From positions 13,046 to 77,045 of the forward strand of contig JAADGI010000018.1 in the NCBI GenBank assembly GCA_013152415.1: a stretch of DNA of 64,000 nt, in the 5' to 3' direction. Below are positions 62,654 through 64,000 of the stretch, piece by piece. Under the pieces are notes generated by a model. It worked only from the letters and a program-made list of their open reading frames with translations. It made no database searches and had not been told where the DNA came from. The translations under genes and the position numbers were made by a program. The stretch's first letter is position 1. Each line of letters opens with the position of its first letter. The stretch comes from Gammaproteobacteria bacterium (GTDB taxonomy: Bacteria > Pseudomonadota > Gammaproteobacteria > HyVt-429).

Positions 62654-63154
62654 GGGCCACAGACTAAAACAAATACCAGATCATTGCAGCTCCCAATACT
62701 CATCGGCCAGCACCAAGGGTGCCCATGGCGTCTTCAGATGAACCACAAGACCCAGCACCCACTAAGTAGCTGCGGCGCATGACCCCGGATCAGGTTCGGG
62801 CAGGCTCTGGGGCCAGCGACTCAATCCGCCTGACCGTGCTGACTGTCGCCGGGCGTTTTATCGATGGCATCAGCCCCATAAACTGACGACTGCACCTTAT
62901 CGCTGGTAGATGTAATATCTACGTCTGGATCTTTGCAATAGGCCTGCTAATAATCAGGTGGCGGCACCCAAGCCTATGGGGCCATTTGCCTTTGGGCAGC
63001 GGCCACAGCAGTGATCCATAGCTTGCCTGCGACAATGATTGTGCTGGACTATCGACAAACCGCCATGGAAAAATGCTAATGTTTCGAGAGAGGCTAAGGC
63101 CAAACGCTGCATACGACCCGTATCTGATCCAATAAGCACGCGATCGCTGTGACG

Positions 63155-64000
63155 ATGAAAACCAAAAAATCCCTGATCTTTAAAGGAGATGCGGCCCGGC
63201 TCTTTGATTCCAGGCCCTGGATCGCCCATTTGTATGTCACCGACCAATGCAATCTGGACTGCCACTATTGCAATGAGTACGACAACAACATACCCCACCC
63301 ACCCCTGGATGACCTCAAGACCTGGCTGGACAAAATTCGCAGCCTGGGTGTGACCCGGTTAGGGCTCCAGGGGGGTGAACCCCTGCTACACCCCAATATT
63401 GTGGCGGTGGTACATCATGCCAAGAATATCCTGGGCTTTTCCAAGGTGGGGCTCACCACCAATGCCTTTCGCCTGACCCAACCTATGCTCCAGGCATTGG
63501 GGGAGGCCGGCCTCGATTCCATGCAGATCTCGGTGGACCGCATGACCCCCATCCCCAGTACGCGTAAGTCACTGAAGAGCGTGGCCCATAAGATTGATTG
63601 GTTTGCCGATTCCCCCATCCGGGTCCAGGTGTCTGGAGTGCTGTCCCACGAGACCGTAGAGGAGGCGTACCAGGTCATGGATACCGTCCTCGCCAAGGGT
63701 GAGCGCGTCCGTGCCCACCTCATACACGATGACCTGGTCAACAAACGTACACTGCGTCTGGATTTAGCCCAAGATGAGCTGCTGGCATTCATGGACCACC
63801 AGCTGGAAAGAAAACGCCGCGGTGACGCCGTACAATCATCCAGGACATTGTTGGGTTATCAGCGCGGCCTGATTTTGGGCGATCAGGCCGAGTGGGAGTG
63901 CGTGGCAGGATACAAATACTTTTTTGTCTCCGCCCAGGGCAAATTCTGGTTGTGCAGCCAACGCCGCACCGATCGAAACATCATGGACATGGAGGTTGCG
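63155..64000 (+). CDS. Radical SAM domain protein (5' part, runs off the window end)
   Basis: CNLDCHYC radical-SAM cluster motif near the N-terminus. The open frame runs to the window end. It is not in the supplied ORF track because no stop is reached. Confidence 0.6.
   Translation, partial: MKTKKSLIFKGDAARLFDSRPWIAHLYVTDQCNLDCHYCNEYDNNIPHPPLDDLKTWLDKIRSLGVTRLGLQGGEPLLHPNIVAVVHHAKNILGFSKVGLTTNAFRLTQPMLQALGEAGLDSMQISVDRMTPIPSTRKSLKSVAHKIDWFADSPIRVQVSGVLSHETVEEAYQVMDTVLAKGERVRAHLIHDDLVNKRTLRLDLAQDELLAFMDHQLERKRRGDAVQSSRTLLGYQRGLILGDQAEWECVAGYKYFFVSAQGKFWLCSQRRTDRNIMDMEVA

Noticed and set aside
63415-63792. 125-aa and 114-aa minus-strand ORFs near the window end.
   Set aside because: They overlap the clean radical-SAM reading frame on the + strand (CxxxCxxC motif), which is far better supported.

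Overview
This looks like a chromosomal segment of a gammaproteobacterium at about 55% GC, and almost all of it is housekeeping and cell-envelope genes. The left end is a phosphate and pyrophosphate neighbourhood. It holds the 3' part of an olsB-like gene and an olsA-like acyltransferase, a candidate Pho box, pstC-pstA-pstB-phoU, a PiT phosphate transporter with its DUF47 partner, hemB, an adenylate kinase with an unusual lysine-rich histone-H1-like tail about 120 aa long, and a PPi-dependent phosphofructokinase followed by a K+-independent H+-translocating pyrophosphatase. The middle carries conserved blocks (xerC-DUF484-dapF, cysQ-nudE-STAS-yrfG), a PilZ and PAS-GGDEF pair, a bactofilin, a POT peptide transporter, a rhomboid-TPR protease converging on a zinc-finger membrane protein, zapE, and GST-TetR. 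It also carries a 1366-aa internally duplicated envelope protein of unknown family whose gene diverges from the TetR gene. A short low-GC island follows (three genes, roughly 33-42% GC) and is the most obviously acquired part of the window. The right end holds an OmpA-family protein, a standalone TrpB2, AsmA, thiC with a TPP riboswitch, pcm, and an LPS inner-core cluster (waaA, a fused WaaP/InaA-family double kinase, GT4, GT2, galE, waaC), then a partial radical-SAM gene. I found no rRNA, tRNA, CRISPR array or transposase. The candidates I would look at first are the lysine-tailed adenylate kinase together with the recurring K-rich tails, the duplicated giant envelope protein, the low-GC island, a repeated 29-nt motif with a long hairpin, and a hairpin-rich 650-bp divergent intergenic region.
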